Positions 52,553 to 62,218 of a stretch of 64,000 nt of DNA are shown here, piece by piece (position 1 is the stretch's first letter; each line of letters starts with the position of its first letter). Origin of the DNA: an uncultured Actinomycetota bacterium (GTDB lineage: Bacteria; Actinomycetota; Actinomycetes; Propionibacteriales; Nocardioidaceae); assembly GCA_963805425.1 (NCBI GenBank), contig CAWDUF010000014.1, forward strand, positions 8,057 through 72,056, given 5' to 3'. Both the position numbers and the translations under genes were made by a program. Under the pieces are notes generated by a model. That model had not been told where the DNA came from. It saw only the letters and a program-made list of their open reading frames with translations, and did not search any database.

Positions 52553-54994
52553 GTGCCCACAGGAGAGGACCTTCGCCAGCGAGCGATGATTGCGGTCCGC
52601 TCCGGCAACTTCAGCGGGGCTCGGGAGATGCTCAAGCGCGCACGAGACCTCGCTGCCGGCCATCCGGACATGCTCGCGCGGATCGCCGTGTCCGACTCCT
52701 ACGTCGAAGCCGAGCTCGAGGGCTACGACGCCGGCATCGCGATGTGCAGAGCCATCTTGGACTCGATCGACGTTCGACCGGTCACGCTGGGCACTGCCTG
52801 GTCGCAGCTCGGACTGCTCTGCATGCGCAAGGGCGACCGCGACGGTGCCTTGAGCGCGTTCTCCGAGGCCATCTCGCGGCTCGCAGGCGACCCAGAGCTC
52901 GTCGGCCGAGCCCTGCTCAACCGCGGCATCCTGCACCTGGAGCTGCACGAACCCGTCGCCGCCATCGATGATCTCGAGCGGGCCCGGGAGCGTCTCGCCG
53001 GGACCGAGCTCACCGAGACGATCGGGAAGGTGGAGCACAACCTGGGCTACGCGCACCTGCTTCTCGGGGATCTCGTCGCGGCACTCGAGCTCATGGAGCG
53101 CGCCGCGGGCGTGATGGCGCCCTTGACCGACGTGATGCGTTCCTGGAGCGCACAGGACCGCGCCGAAGTCCTTCTCGCGGCCGGCCGAACGACGGAGGCC
53201 GCCACTGCGTTGGATGCTGCAGCGGACGCCTACGGCGCCCAGGGTCTCCGTAGGTTCCAGGCCGAGGCCGAGCATGTGCTCGCGCGAACGCTGTTGCACG
53301 AGGACCCGGCACGCTCGAAGATCGTTGCGAGGAGGTCAGCCCGCAGATTCGCACGACATGACAGCCCGATCTGGGCGGCACGCTCCGAAGCACTCGCGAC
53401 GATCGCAGAGATCACGGCCGGGGGTAGGGCACCGAGCCTCAGAGATCGCGCTGACGTCCTCGTGAAGTCCGTGCGCGACCAGGGCCACCACCGCGACGCC
53501 GAGCACCTGGCCCTGCACGTCGTGCGCCTCTGCGTCCGCCGCCGAGAGCTCGACGAAGCCGCCCTACGCCTCCGCCGGATACGAATCACCGACGACACCC
53601 CGGTCGGAACCCGCCTGCTCGCGCAAGAGGTCCGAGCCGAGCTGGCGCGGGCGAAGGGCCAGCGCAAGAAGGCGCTGGACCACGTGCGCGCCGGACTCGC
53701 GGACCTGCACGCGTGGCAGGCGTCGTTCGGCAGTCTCGACCTGCAGAGCACGATGGTCGGGCACGGCAACGCGCTCGCGCGGCTCGGACTGCAGCTCGCG
53801 CTCGAGGACGGGCGGCCCGAGATCGTCTTCGAGTGGTCGGAGCGGGCGCGTGCGCTGGCCTCGAAGGTGACCACCCTGCGCCCGCCGCCCGACCCCCAGC
53901 TCGCGGCGGACCTCACCGCACTGAGGCTTCTCGACCCCGGCGAGACCGCGCAGGCGCGGGAGCTGCGCGAACGGATCCGCTCGAAGAGCTGGTACGCCGC
54001 CGAGGGGTCGGTCGGCGAGCCGACTGACCTGGAGACGCTCCAGGCCCGGCTGCGCAAGGACGGCGCTGCTCTGGTCGCCCACCTGGTCGTCGACGACGCG
54101 CTCACCGCCCTGGTCGTGACAGCTGACGACGCAGTCGTGGTGGCCCTCGGGGACGCGCCGAGCGTCCGTGAGCAGCTGGACCGGATCGCCGCCGACCTGG
54201 ACTTCGCGGCGCACAACCCGGGTGGGTCGTTCGGCGAGACCGTGCGCGCTTCGCTCGGGGAGGACCTAGGGCGGGTGGCCGATCGGCTCGTGACCCCGCT
54301 GCTCGACCTCATCGGCGAGCGGCGCATCGTGCTGACGCCGTCCGCACTGCTCGCCGGCACGCCGTGGACGCTGCTGCCCGGCCTGCGGGGACGTCCGCTG
54401 ACCGTCCCGACGTCGGCGACGCGCTGGCTCGAGCTCGTGGCGAAGCGCCGGCAGAAGCCACGTCGCATCGGTCTGGTGGCGGGGCCCCGGGTCGCGCGAG
54501 CCTCCGAGGAGATCGACCGCGCCGCCGCCGAGTGGGACGCGGCCGACGTGCTGCACGGCGACGATGCCAACGCGGCCAAGGTCGGCGAGGTCGCGGCTCG
54601 GGTCGACGTACTGCACCTGGCCGGCCACGGTGTGCATGCCGGCGACCACCCGCTGTTCTCCGCGGTGGAGCTCGCCGACGGACCGTGGTTCGGCCACGAC
54701 ATCGACCTGCTCCCCCGGACGCCGTCGGTCGTGGTGCTCTCGGCCTGCGAGCTCGGCCAGGTCTCCGTGCTCCGCGGCGAGGAGTCCGTCGGGATGACCG
54801 CGGCCTGGCTGCACGCGGGCGCGCGCACGGTGCTCTCCTCCCCAGCCCTGGTGGCCGACGAGATCGCCTGCGAGGTCCTGGCTCGTTGGCACCGCCTGGT
54901 CGCGGCCGGTACGACGCCCGCGGATGCGCTCGCCGAAGTGATCGGTTCGACCGAGGGCGTCGTTCCGTTCCAGTGCTTCGGAGCCGGCTGGTAG
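52553..54994 (+). CDS. TPR-CHAT domain protein (caspase-like cysteine peptidase)
   Basis: N-terminal TPR-like helices (AWSQLGLL, ALLNRGIL, EHNLGYA); CHAT dyad LHLAGHG (His) and VVLSACE (Cys); terminal FQCFG. Confidence 0.92.
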   Translation: MPTGEDLRQRAMIAVRSGNFSGAREMLKRARDLAAGHPDMLARIAVSDSYVEAELEGYDAGIAMCRAILDSIDVRPVTLGTAWSQLGLLCMRKGDRDGALSAFSEAISRLAGDPELVGRALLNRGILHLELHEPVAAIDDLERARERLAGTELTETIGKVEHNLGYAHLLLGDLVAALELMERAAGVMAPLTDVMRSWSAQDRAEVLLAAGRTTEAATALDAAADAYGAQGLRRFQAEAEHVLARTLLHEDPARSKIVARRSARRFARHDSPIWAARSEALATIAEITAGGRAPSLRDRADVLVKSVRDQGHHRDAEHLALHVVRLCVRRRELDEAALRLRRIRITDDTPVGTRLLAQEVRAELARAKGQRKKALDHVRAGLADLHAWQASFGSLDLQSTMVGHGNALARLGLQLALEDGRPEIVFEWSERARALASKVTTLRPPPDPQLAADLTALRLLDPGETAQARELRERIRSKSWYAAEGSVGEPTDLETLQARLRKDGAALVAHLVVDDALTALVVTADDAVVVALGDAPSVREQLDRIAADLDFAAHNPGGSFGETVRASLGEDLGRVADRLVTPLLDLIGERRIVLTPSALLAGTPWTLLPGLRGRPLTVPTSATRWLELVAKRRQKPRRIGLVAGPRVARASEEIDRAAAEWDAADVLHGDDANAAKVGEVAARVDVLHLAGHGVHAGDHPLFSAVELADGPWFGHDIDLLPRTPSVVVLSACELGQVSVLRGEESVGMTAAWLHAGARTVLSSPALVADEIACEVLARWHRLVAAGTTPADALAEVIGSTEGVVPFQCFGAGW

Positions 54995-55114
54995 CCAGCT
55001 GCCGCGGCGAGGTCTCGGCTGATCGCTGGCACGTTCGCTGCGCTCGCACCTCGACCATCGGGGGCTCAGGCGCAACCGAACCGGCCCGCCATGCGTCAAG
55101 AAGTCAGGTGCGGG

Positions 55115-55142
55115 ACGTATCAGGCCCGCGCGGACGTGCTCT
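55115..55142 (+). promoter_or_regulatory. Second copy of the candidate ECF promoter ACGTATCAGGC-N13-CTCT
   Basis: Same 11-mer, spacing and CTCT as 49729-49756. Confidence 0.6.
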
Positions 55143-55149
55143 TGGCCCT

Positions 55150-55258
55150 CGAAGGACAACGGTTCTGGGGGACCAAGAGCCGGTTGGCCCGTCTCGGGGG
55201 GCGGGCCAACCTGCTGCTTCAGCGACGGGCCGGCGCCCTCGGCGCCGGCCCGTTCCTG
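55150..55258 (+). ncRNA. Candidate small structured RNA downstream of the CHAT gene
   Basis: Follows the candidate promoter; hairpins at 55161-55174, 55182-55211 and 55225-55253; no credible ORF. Confidence 0.35.
55225..55253 (+). terminator. Strong GC hairpin, possible intrinsic terminator
   Basis: ACGGGCCGGCGCC-CTC-GGCGCCGGCCCGT, 13-bp stem, weak T tail. Confidence 0.55.
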
Positions 55259-55277
55259 CTGTCCGGACCACCCGCGC

Positions 55278-55291
55278 GGGACCAACGACCC
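55278..55291. promoter_or_regulatory. DosR/DevR-like binding box
   Basis: GGGAC-CAAC-GACCC fits GGGAC-N4-GNCCC and lies 70 bp upstream of an Acg-family gene. Confidence 0.6.
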
Positions 55292-55360
55292 TTTCGTTCG
55301 AAGCACCCTTCCGTCGACGCTGGGGACATCCCGGAGCGAGCCGGCTGAGGAGGGACTGTC

Positions 55361-56344
55361 ATGGATCGGGCCGACCTGACGCGGAGGGTCGTCGACCTCG
55401 CGCGACTCGCCCCCAGCGTGCACAACACCCAGCCGTGGAGCTGGCGGATCGACACGTCGACCGGCCCGGACGCCGCGACGCTCGAGCTCTGGGCCGACCG
55501 CTCCCGCAGCCTGCCGGTCGCGGACCCGGCCGGGCGCAACCTGGTCCTCAGCGGCGGGTGCGCGATCGCCTACGCGGTGATCGCGGCCGAGGCGCTGGGC
55601 GCCGAGGCCAAGGTCGACCACCTGCCCGACGGGCCCGACTCCGACCTGCTCGCCCGCATCGACCTGACGCAGAGCACGCCGGTCGCCGATGCCCAGCACT
55701 GGCTGGCCCTTCTCTCGACGCGTCGTACCGACCGTCGTCGCTTCACCTCCTGGCCGGTCCCGGAGGAGAAGCTGGAGCAGCTCGCGGACGCGGGCAGGCC
55801 CTGGGGCGCTTCGGTGCTGCCGGTCACCGAGCCCGGCCTGCGCGCACAGGTCGAGGAGCTCCTCGAGGAGGCGCGGCGGCGACAGCTCGGCGACCCGCGG
55901 ATCGCCGAGGAGACCGAGGACTGGATCGACCACAGCCACTTCGACGGCATCCCGTCCGGCGTGCTCCCGCACTCGAAGGGCGTCCGCGGCGAGCGACCGA
56001 CGCGCTTCGGCTCCGGTCTCGTGCCGGACTTCGACGACCACGTCCTTCGGGGCACCGATCGGGTGCTGGTGGTGAGCACCCACGACGACGGTCCGCTCGC
56101 GTGGCTGCACGCCGGCGCGTCGCTCGCCGCCATGTGGCTCCAGGCGACCGCGACCGGCCTCTCCCTGGTGCCGCTCAGCCAGCTCGTCGAGGTGGCACGC
56201 ACCCGGGTCGGTCTGGAGCAGCTGCTGACTCCTCCCGCCCGGTTGCCCCAGGTCCTCGCCCGTGTCGGCTGGCAGGAGATCGGCCGGGGCGACCTTCCCC
56301 GCACGTCGCGGCGGCCGCTGGCCGACGTCCTGCGCGCGCCCTGA
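55361..56344 (+). CDS. Acg-family FMN-binding nitroreductase-like protein
   Basis: LAPSVHNTQPW, DPAGRNLVLSGG, RRTDRR, WLHAG, PQVLARVGW and terminal RRPL; GAGGAGG RBS. Confidence 0.9.
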   Translation: MDRADLTRRVVDLARLAPSVHNTQPWSWRIDTSTGPDAATLELWADRSRSLPVADPAGRNLVLSGGCAIAYAVIAAEALGAEAKVDHLPDGPDSDLLARIDLTQSTPVADAQHWLALLSTRRTDRRRFTSWPVPEEKLEQLADAGRPWGASVLPVTEPGLRAQVEELLEEARRRQLGDPRIAEETEDWIDHSHFDGIPSGVLPHSKGVRGERPTRFGSGLVPDFDDHVLRGTDRVLVVSTHDDGPLAWLHAGASLAAMWLQATATGLSLVPLSQLVEVARTRVGLEQLLTPPARLPQVLARVGWQEIGRGDLPRTSRRPLADVLRAP

Positions 56345-56350
56345 CCGCGG

Positions 56351-57523
56351 TCAGATCTCGGTCTGAACCCCGGCGAGCAGCTGGCGAGCCATCACGATCC
56401 GCTGGACCTGGTTGGTGCCCTCGTAGATCTGGGTGATCTTCGCGTCGCGGAGCATCCGCTCGACCGGGTAGTCGCGGGTGTAGCCGTAGCCACCGAGCAC
56501 CTGGACGGCGTTGGTGGTCACCTCCATCGCGACGTCGGAGGCGAAGCACTTCGCCGCCGCGCCGAAGAACGTCAGGTCGGTGTCACCGCGCTCGGACCGG
56601 CCGGCTGCGGCGTAGGTCATCTGGCGGGCCGCCTCGACCTTCATCCCCATGTCGGCGAGCATGAACTGCATCCCCTGGAAGTCCGCGATCGACCTGCCGA
56701 ACTGCCGGCGCTCCAGGGCGTAACCCAGCGCGTAGTCCAGCGCACCCTGGGCGACACCAACTGCCTGTGCGGCGATCGTCACGCGGGTGTGGTCCAGCGT
56801 GCGCATCGCGGTCTCGAAGCCGGTCCCTTCGGCACCGATCATCCGGTCGGCGGGGATCTGGACGTCGTCGAAGTAGACCTCCCGTGTCGGGCTGCCCTTG
56901 ATGCCGAGCTTCTTCTCCGGCGCGCCGAAGGAGACCCCCGCGTCGGACTTCTCCACCACGAACGCCGACATCCGCGAGCGGCGTGATTCGGGGTTGGTGA
57001 CTGCGATCACGGTGTAGTACTCCGACACCCCGGCGTTGGTGATCCAGCGCTTCACGCCGTTGAGCACCCAGCGGTCGCCGTCGCGCACCGCCCGGGTGGT
57101 CATCCCGGCGGCGTCGGAGCCGGCGTCCGGCTCGGAGAGGCAGTAGGAGAACCCGCCCTCGCCCTTCGCGAGCTTCGTCAGGTACGTCGCCTTGAGCTCC
57201 TCGGACCCGGAGATCTGCACCGGCAGCGAGCCGAGCTTGTTCACCGCGGGGATCAGGCTCGAGGACATGCAGACCCGGGCGATCTCCTCGATCACGATGA
57301 CCGTGGCCAGCGCGTCGGCGCCGGCACCGCCGTACTGCTCGGGCACGTGCGGGGCGTGGAAGTCCGCGGCCAGCAGCGCGGCCGCCGCCTCCTCGGGGTA
57401 GCGCGGCTGCTCGTCGACGTCCGCCGCGTGCGGGGCGATCTTCTCCTCCGCCAGGGCGCGGACGACCTTGCGGATCTCGCGGTGCTCGTCGGACGGGGCG
57501 TACAGCGGGAAGTCATCAGGCAT
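56351..57523 (-). CDS. Acyl-CoA dehydrogenase
   Basis: [34 protein letters not shown] and [10 protein letters not shown]. Confidence 0.96.
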   Translation of the reverse strand: MPDDFPLYAPSDEHREIRKVVRALAEEKIAPHAADVDEQPRYPEEAAAALLAADFHAPHVPEQYGGAGADALATVIVIEEIARVCMSSSLIPAVNKLGSLPVQISGSEELKATYLTKLAKGEGGFSYCLSEPDAGSDAAGMTTRAVRDGDRWVLNGVKRWITNAGVSEYYTVIAVTNPESRRSRMSAFVVEKSDAGVSFGAPEKKLGIKGSPTREVYFDDVQIPADRMIGAEGTGFETAMRTLDHTRVTIAAQAVGVAQGALDYALGYALERRQFGRSIADFQGMQFMLADMGMKVEAARQMTYAAAGRSERGDTDLTFFGAAAKCFASDVAMEVTTNAVQVLGGYGYTRDYPVERMLRDAKITQIYEGTNQVQRIVMARQLLAGVQTEI

Positions 57524-57672
57524 GCGGTCGATCCTAGGGCTGGGTGAACGCTCGCTAACCGTGAGATTCGTCTCCCGGCGCACGTCCTTCGCCGGTCTGG
57601 GTACCGGTCTGGGTACCGGTCCAGGACAGGCTGGGTGCGCACCGGAATGCCGATCCTCAGTGGGGTGTTGAG

Positions 57673-58113
57673 ATGGACGTGAGCAGGACGTGGCAGGAAC
57701 GCGAGATCGTGGACTGGATGCTCGAGGACACCCGCACCTGGGCGATCGTCGGGCTTTCGGGTGACCCGAGCCGGACGGCGTACAAGATCGCCGCGGCACT
57801 CCAGCGGGACGGCAAGCAGATCGTACCGATCCACCCGCGTTTCGAGGGGCTCGACGCCCGGGAGTCCGTCCTCGGCGAGCAGGGGTACGCGAGGCTCGCC
57901 GACGTGCCGTTCGCGATCGACGTGGTGGACGTGTTTCGTCGCTCCGACGCCGCCGGGCAGTTCGCGGACGAGGCGGTCGCGCTCGGCGCCAAGGGAGTCT
58001 GGTTCCAGCTCGGTGTGATCGACGAGGACGCCTTCGAGCGAACCTGGGCGGCAGGAGTCCCGATGGTGATGGACACCTGCCCCGTGATCGAGTGGCGCAA
58101 GCGGGCGGCCTGA
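57673..58113 (+). CDS. CoA-binding protein (YccU-like)
   Basis: [24 protein letters not shown] and MDTCP. Confidence 0.9.
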   Translation: MDVSRTWQEREIVDWMLEDTRTWAIVGLSGDPSRTAYKIAAALQRDGKQIVPIHPRFEGLDARESVLGEQGYARLADVPFAIDVVDVFRRSDAAGQFADEAVALGAKGVWFQLGVIDEDAFERTWAAGVPMVMDTCPVIEWRKRAA

Positions 58114-58131
58114 CCTGCCACGCTGTCGTCC

Positions 58132-58572
58132 GTGAGTGAGCCCGGCAGCGACCTGACGGTGTCCCCAGGACCCGGCGTGCCCGGCGGGCTGGTGATCCCG
58201 GCGAACGAGCTGGTCGAGCAGTTCTCCCGCTCCTCCGGCCCGGGCGGCCAGTCGGTCAACACCACCGACAGCCGCGTCGAGCTGCGATTCGACGTCGACG
58301 GCTCGGTGGCATTCTCCCAGGCGCAGCGGATCCGGGCGCTCGACCGGCTCGGACCGACAGTCGTGGTCACCGCCTCCGAGCAACGGTCACAGCACCGCAA
58401 CCGGGTTGCGGCCAGGGAGCGGCTCGCCGAGCGCATCCGCGACGCGCTGGCGCCACCGCCTCCGGCGCGGGTGCCGACCAAGCCGAGCAAGTCCTCGCAG
58501 CGACGCCGCGTCGACGCGAAGGTGCGCCGCGGCCGGACCAAGGCGCTGCGCGGGCGTGTCCGGGACCAGTGA
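58132..58572 (+). CDS. arfB: Alternative ribosome rescue peptidyl-tRNA hydrolase ArfB
   Basis: [27 protein letters not shown] and basic C-tail PTKPS...RR..K. Confidence 0.93.
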   Translation: MSEPGSDLTVSPGPGVPGGLVIPANELVEQFSRSSGPGGQSVNTTDSRVELRFDVDGSVAFSQAQRIRALDRLGPTVVVTASEQRSQHRNRVAARERLAERIRDALAPPPPARVPTKPSKSSQRRRVDAKVRRGRTKALRGRVRDQ

Positions 58573-58598
58573 GCCCTCCGGGCAGCTCCTGGAGTCCG

Positions 58599-58612
58599 AG
58601 GACCTTCGACCC
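58599..58612. promoter_or_regulatory. Second DosR/DevR-like box
   Basis: AGGAC-CTTC-GACCC, about 60 bp upstream of the small ORF at 58675. Confidence 0.45.
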
Positions 58613-58674
58613 TGCCGCACGGTGGCATCTTCGGGTTTCCTGTGCAGGATGCCCACAGACGTCCCGGGGGACCC

Positions 58675-58920
58675 ATGCAGACCAAGACCTGGCACGTAGC
58701 CATCACGCTCGACGACGACGGCTTCGACGTGACCGCGAAGGCGCGGTTCGCCGACTGCGCCGTCGACCTCGTCGGCCTCGGCGTCGTACCGATCGGCCTC
58801 GAGGCGAAGCTGGGCCCGCAGACCCACGCGCTGGCGGCGGTCCGCTCCCTCCAGAGCCTGGCGGAGGCACTCGGCGACCACTCCGAGGTCGACCGGCCGG
58901 CCGACGTCGACCAGGTCTGA
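58675..58920 (+). CDS. Small protein resembling divergent DUF1876 (dsRBD-fold, Rv2632c-like) proteins
   Basis: KTWHVAITL...TAKARF...LVGLG...LAAVRSL pattern; GGGGA RBS. Confidence 0.6.
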   Translation: MQTKTWHVAITLDDDGFDVTAKARFADCAVDLVGLGVVPIGLEAKLGPQTHALAAVRSLQSLAEALGDHSEVDRPADVDQV

Positions 58921-58926
58921 GCCGGC

Positions 58927-59487
58927 CTAGAAGCCGAGCTTGCGGGAGCTGCCGCTCTGGCTGCGGACGGCCTTGCCCTTCTCGAGGGCGCTGTCGCGCA
59001 GGGACTCCTGGAACCTCGTCATCCTCTGCTGGAGCCCGGGGTCGGTGGCAGCCAGGATGCGGACCGCCAGCAGCCCCGCGTTGCGAGCGTTGCCGACCGC
59101 CACCGCGGCAACCGGTACGCCGGCCGGCATCTGCACGATCGAGAGCAGCGAGTCCATCCCGTCGAGGTACTTCAGCGGCACCGGCACGCCGATCACCGGC
59201 AACGGGGTCACCGAGGCGAGCATTCCGGGCAGGTGGGCCGCTCCCCCGGCCCCGGCGATGATCACCTGGAGCCCGCGACCGGCCGCCGCCTTGCCGTAGT
59301 CGATCATCTCCTCGGGCATCCGGTGCGCCGAGACCACGTCGGCCTCGTAGCCGATCCCGAACTCCTCCAGCGCCTCGGCGGCATCCTTCATCACCGGCCA
59401 GTCGGAGTCCGAGCCCATCACGATGCCGACGCGGACGTCACCGGGATCGGTCTCGACATGCTCAACCGCCGGTGAGTTCTCGGTCAT
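58927..59487 (-). CDS. purE: N5-carboxyaminoimidazole ribonucleotide mutase
   Basis: [23 protein letters not shown] and SIVQMPAG. Confidence 0.97.
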   Translation of the reverse strand: MTENSPAVEHVETDPGDVRVGIVMGSDSDWPVMKDAAEALEEFGIGYEADVVSAHRMPEEMIDYGKAAAGRGLQVIIAGAGGAAHLPGMLASVTPLPVIGVPVPLKYLDGMDSLLSIVQMPAGVPVAAVAVGNARNAGLLAVRILAATDPGLQQRMTRFQESLRDSALEKGKAVRSQSGSSRKLGF

Positions 59488-60650
59488 TCGCTCTCGTCTC
59501 CTAGTTCGCCTGCGAACCATGCTGCCGCATGCCGGGCGCGCGCGAGGCAGTCCTCGAGGTCGTCGCCGTAGGCATTCACGTGCCCTACCTTGCGTCCGGG
59601 ACGCATCTGCTTGCCGTAGAGGTGCACCCGCAGCCGCGGGTCCCTCGCGAGCGCGTGCGGGTAGCCGTCGTACAACCTGCTCGTCGAGGCGGCGTCAACG
59701 GGGCCGAGGATGTTGACCATCACCGTCCACGGCGTGCGGGCGTCGGGTGTCCCGAGCGGCAGGTCGAGGACGGCGCGGAGGTGGTTCTCGAACTGCGAGG
59801 TCACCGACCCGTCCTGGGTCCAGTGACCGGTGTTGTGCGGGCGCATCGCGAGCTCGTTGACCAGCACCCTGCCGTCGGAGGTCTCGAACAGCTCGACCGC
59901 CAGCACGCCGACGACGCCGAGCGCTTCGGCCACCGTCATCGCGATCTGCTCGGCCTCGACGGCCAGGCCGCGGTCGAGGTCGGGCGCAGGTGCGATCACC
60001 TCACGGCAGACGCCGTCGCGCTGCTCGCTCGCCACCACCGGCCACGCCGCGACCTGGCCCGACGGCGACCGGGCGACCAGTGCCGACAGCTCTCGACGGA
60101 AGGCGACCAGCTCCTCCACGAGGATCTGCACCCCCGTCGAGGTGGCACTCTCGAACGCCTCGGCCGTCTCGGCCTCCGAGCCGACGAACCAGACACCCTT
60201 GCCGTCGTACCCGCCGCGGCTTGTCTTCAGCACGCAGGGGAAGCCGAAGTCCGCGACCTCGGCGGGCGTCGTGACGAGCCCGTGCCGCGGGCAGGGCACA
60301 CCGAGCCGGTCGAGCGCGGCGCGCATCACCGCCTTGTCCTGGGCGTGCACGAGCGCCTCGGGGCCGGGCCGCACCGCGATGCCGTCGGCCTCGAGTGCGT
60401 GCAGGTGCGCCGTCGGCACGTGCTCGTGGTCGAAGGTCACCACGTCGCAACCGTCGGTGATCCGGCGCAGCGTGTCCAGGTCGGTGTAGTCGCCGACCTC
60501 GTGGTCCGCGATCACCTGGGCCGCGGAGACCCCCGGCGCCTCGGCCAGGAGTCGCAACGGGATGCCCAGTGCGGCCGCGGGCTCGGCCAGCATCCGTGCG
60601 AGCTGGCCGCCGCCGATCACGGCGACGGTGGGGGCGAGGCCTCGGGACAC
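59484..60650 (-). CDS. purK: N5-carboxyaminoimidazole ribonucleotide synthase
   Basis: [33 protein letters not shown] and SQFENHLRA. Confidence 0.97.
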   Translation of the reverse strand: MSRGLAPTVAVIGGGQLARMLAEPAAALGIPLRLLAEAPGVSAAQVIADHEVGDYTDLDTLRRITDGCDVVTFDHEHVPTAHLHALEADGIAVRPGPEALVHAQDKAVMRAALDRLGVPCPRHGLVTTPAEVADFGFPCVLKTSRGGYDGKGVWFVGSEAETAEAFESATSTGVQILVEELVAFRRELSALVARSPSGQVAAWPVVASEQRDGVCREVIAPAPDLDRGLAVEAEQIAMTVAEALGVVGVLAVELFETSDGRVLVNELAMRPHNTGHWTQDGSVTSQFENHLRAVLDLPLGTPDARTPWTVMVNILGPVDAASTSRLYDGYPHALARDPRLRVHLYGKQMRPGRKVGHVNAYGDDLEDCLARARHAAAWFAGELGDESE

Positions 60651-60687
60651 GGGCCGACCCTATCGAGGCGTCAGTACGGCAGCGATC

Positions 60688-61704
60688 TCAGTGGCGGGGT
60701 CGCGTACGTCGTACTGTGACCGGCTCGACGTCGCCGAACCCGCGCAGCGGCCGTGCCGGCAGCTTGCGGGTCTCGAAGTCCACCCCGGGGAGCATCTCGG
60801 CGGTGCGCTCGTCGATGATCACCCGGTTGCGGCGGGCCACGCCGGTGAGCCGGGCGGCCAGGTTGACCGGGGGGCCGTAGACGTCGCCCATCCGCATCAC
60901 GACCGGGCCGGTCGCGAGCCCGAGCCGTACGTCGGGAAGCCGCTCGTCGCGCCCGACCACGCCGATGATCTCCAGGGCGATGTCGATCGCCTCGGCCGGG
61001 TCGGGCTCGAGGAACAGCACCGAGTCGCCGAGCGTCTTGATGACCCGGCCGCTGTGGTCGGCGATCACGTCGGCGCACCGGGTCTCGAAGATCTCGACCA
61101 GGTCGCCGAGCTCGTTCTCGTCGAGGTCGTTGCTCAGCGCGGTGAAGGCCACCAGGTCGGCGAAGCCGACAGTGGCCTCGGTCGCCGGCTCGTCATCGGC
61201 TCCCGCGAACGCCTCGATGCGGCCGACCGCAGCCGCGAGGTGTCGGCGCCACGAGTAGACCAGCAGCTGGTCGAAGCGCGGGCTCAGCTCCTCCACCAGG
61301 CGCACGGAGGCCCGCATGAGGTCCGAGGACGCCCCGTCGCGCTCGGTGAACTCCTCCACCGAGGACGACAGCGTCGCGACCTCCCAGTCGGCCAGCCGCG
61401 CGACGGTCTGGCCGACGGCTCGGGTGAGCCTGAGCATGGTCTCGAAGTCGATCCCGGTCTCCTCGACCGCCCGGGCGACCAGGACCAGCGCGTCGCGATC
61501 GGCAGCGGTGAAGGCGTTCTGCCCGGCCGCGTCGGGGAACCCGAGGGCCCGCCAGAGACGTCGAGCCTGGTCGAGCGACAGCCCTGCCGCGGCAGCGACG
61601 TCGCTCCCGGTCAGCCCCGGAGTCTCACCGAGGATCGCACGCTCGAGATCGGCCGCGGTCGGCGCGTCGGAGGGGTCGTGCGGCGAGGGGTCAGGTCCCG
61701 TCAT
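60688..61704 (-). CDS. Class III adenylate cyclase with N-terminal regulatory domain (Rv2212-like)
   Basis: LWRALGF; GFADLVAFT, KTLGD and GDVYGPPVNLAARL (metal Asps, adenine-specifying Lys/Asp and Asn/Arg present). Confidence 0.9.
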   Translation of the reverse strand: MTGPDPSPHDPSDAPTAADLERAILGETPGLTGSDVAAAAGLSLDQARRLWRALGFPDAAGQNAFTAADRDALVLVARAVEETGIDFETMLRLTRAVGQTVARLADWEVATLSSSVEEFTERDGASSDLMRASVRLVEELSPRFDQLLVYSWRRHLAAAVGRIEAFAGADDEPATEATVGFADLVAFTALSNDLDENELGDLVEIFETRCADVIADHSGRVIKTLGDSVLFLEPDPAEAIDIALEIIGVVGRDERLPDVRLGLATGPVVMRMGDVYGPPVNLAARLTGVARRNRVIIDERTAEMLPGVDFETRKLPARPLRGFGDVEPVTVRRTRPRH

Positions 61705-62206
61705 CTTGCGGCGAACTCGTCGGCTGGGAGCCGTGGAAGAGCAGGTCGGACAGCTGGAGCTGGTGCCGCTCGACACGCGGGATGTCGTGCAACGCGACGC
61801 GTCCCTGCTCGCTCGCGTCGGAGATCACCAGCGTGCCGCACCCGAGCAACCGGTCGAGAATGCCCTTCTCGTAGGACACGTCGCTGATCCGCGCGAGCGG
61901 GATGTCGTGGCCCTTGCGGCTGATGACCCCGCTATGGGTTGTCAAACGCCGGTTGGTCACGGTGTAGGTGGTCGAGAACCAGTTGAGGAACGGCCACAGG
62001 GAGTACATCGCGACGACGAGTCCGGCGACCACCCAGATCAGCGTCAGCCAGATCTTCCGGTGGCTGTCGGGGAGGCTCGACAGGTAACCACCGACACCGG
62101 CGGCCACGATCAGTACGAGCGCCGGCGCCAACAGCGCCTTGACGTGCGTGCGGGTGGACCAGACGACGTTTTCGCCTTCGTTCAGCAACTTGGGATTGAT
62201 CGCCAC
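61691..62206 (-). CDS. Bacterial PH-domain membrane protein
   Basis: LLNEGE, two TMs, YTVTNRR, IPLARI and RLLGCGTL. Confidence 0.88.
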   Translation of the reverse strand: MAINPKLLNEGENVVWSTRTHVKALLAPALVLIVAAGVGGYLSSLPDSHRKIWLTLIWVVAGLVVAMYSLWPFLNWFSTTYTVTNRRLTTHSGVISRKGHDIPLARISDVSYEKGILDRLLGCGTLVISDASEQGRVALHDIPRVERHQLQLSDLLFHGSQPTSSPQDDGT

Positions 62207-62218
62207 GTGGGGATCATG

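Noticed and set aside
55169-55182. Additional DosR-like box GGGACCAAGAGCCG
   Set aside because: The right half-site is poor and the sequence is explained by a hairpin
55091-55348. 85-aa ORF after the CHAT gene
   Set aside because: No RBS, starts upstream of the promoter-like motif, runs through three strong hairpins, and has no recognisable motifs
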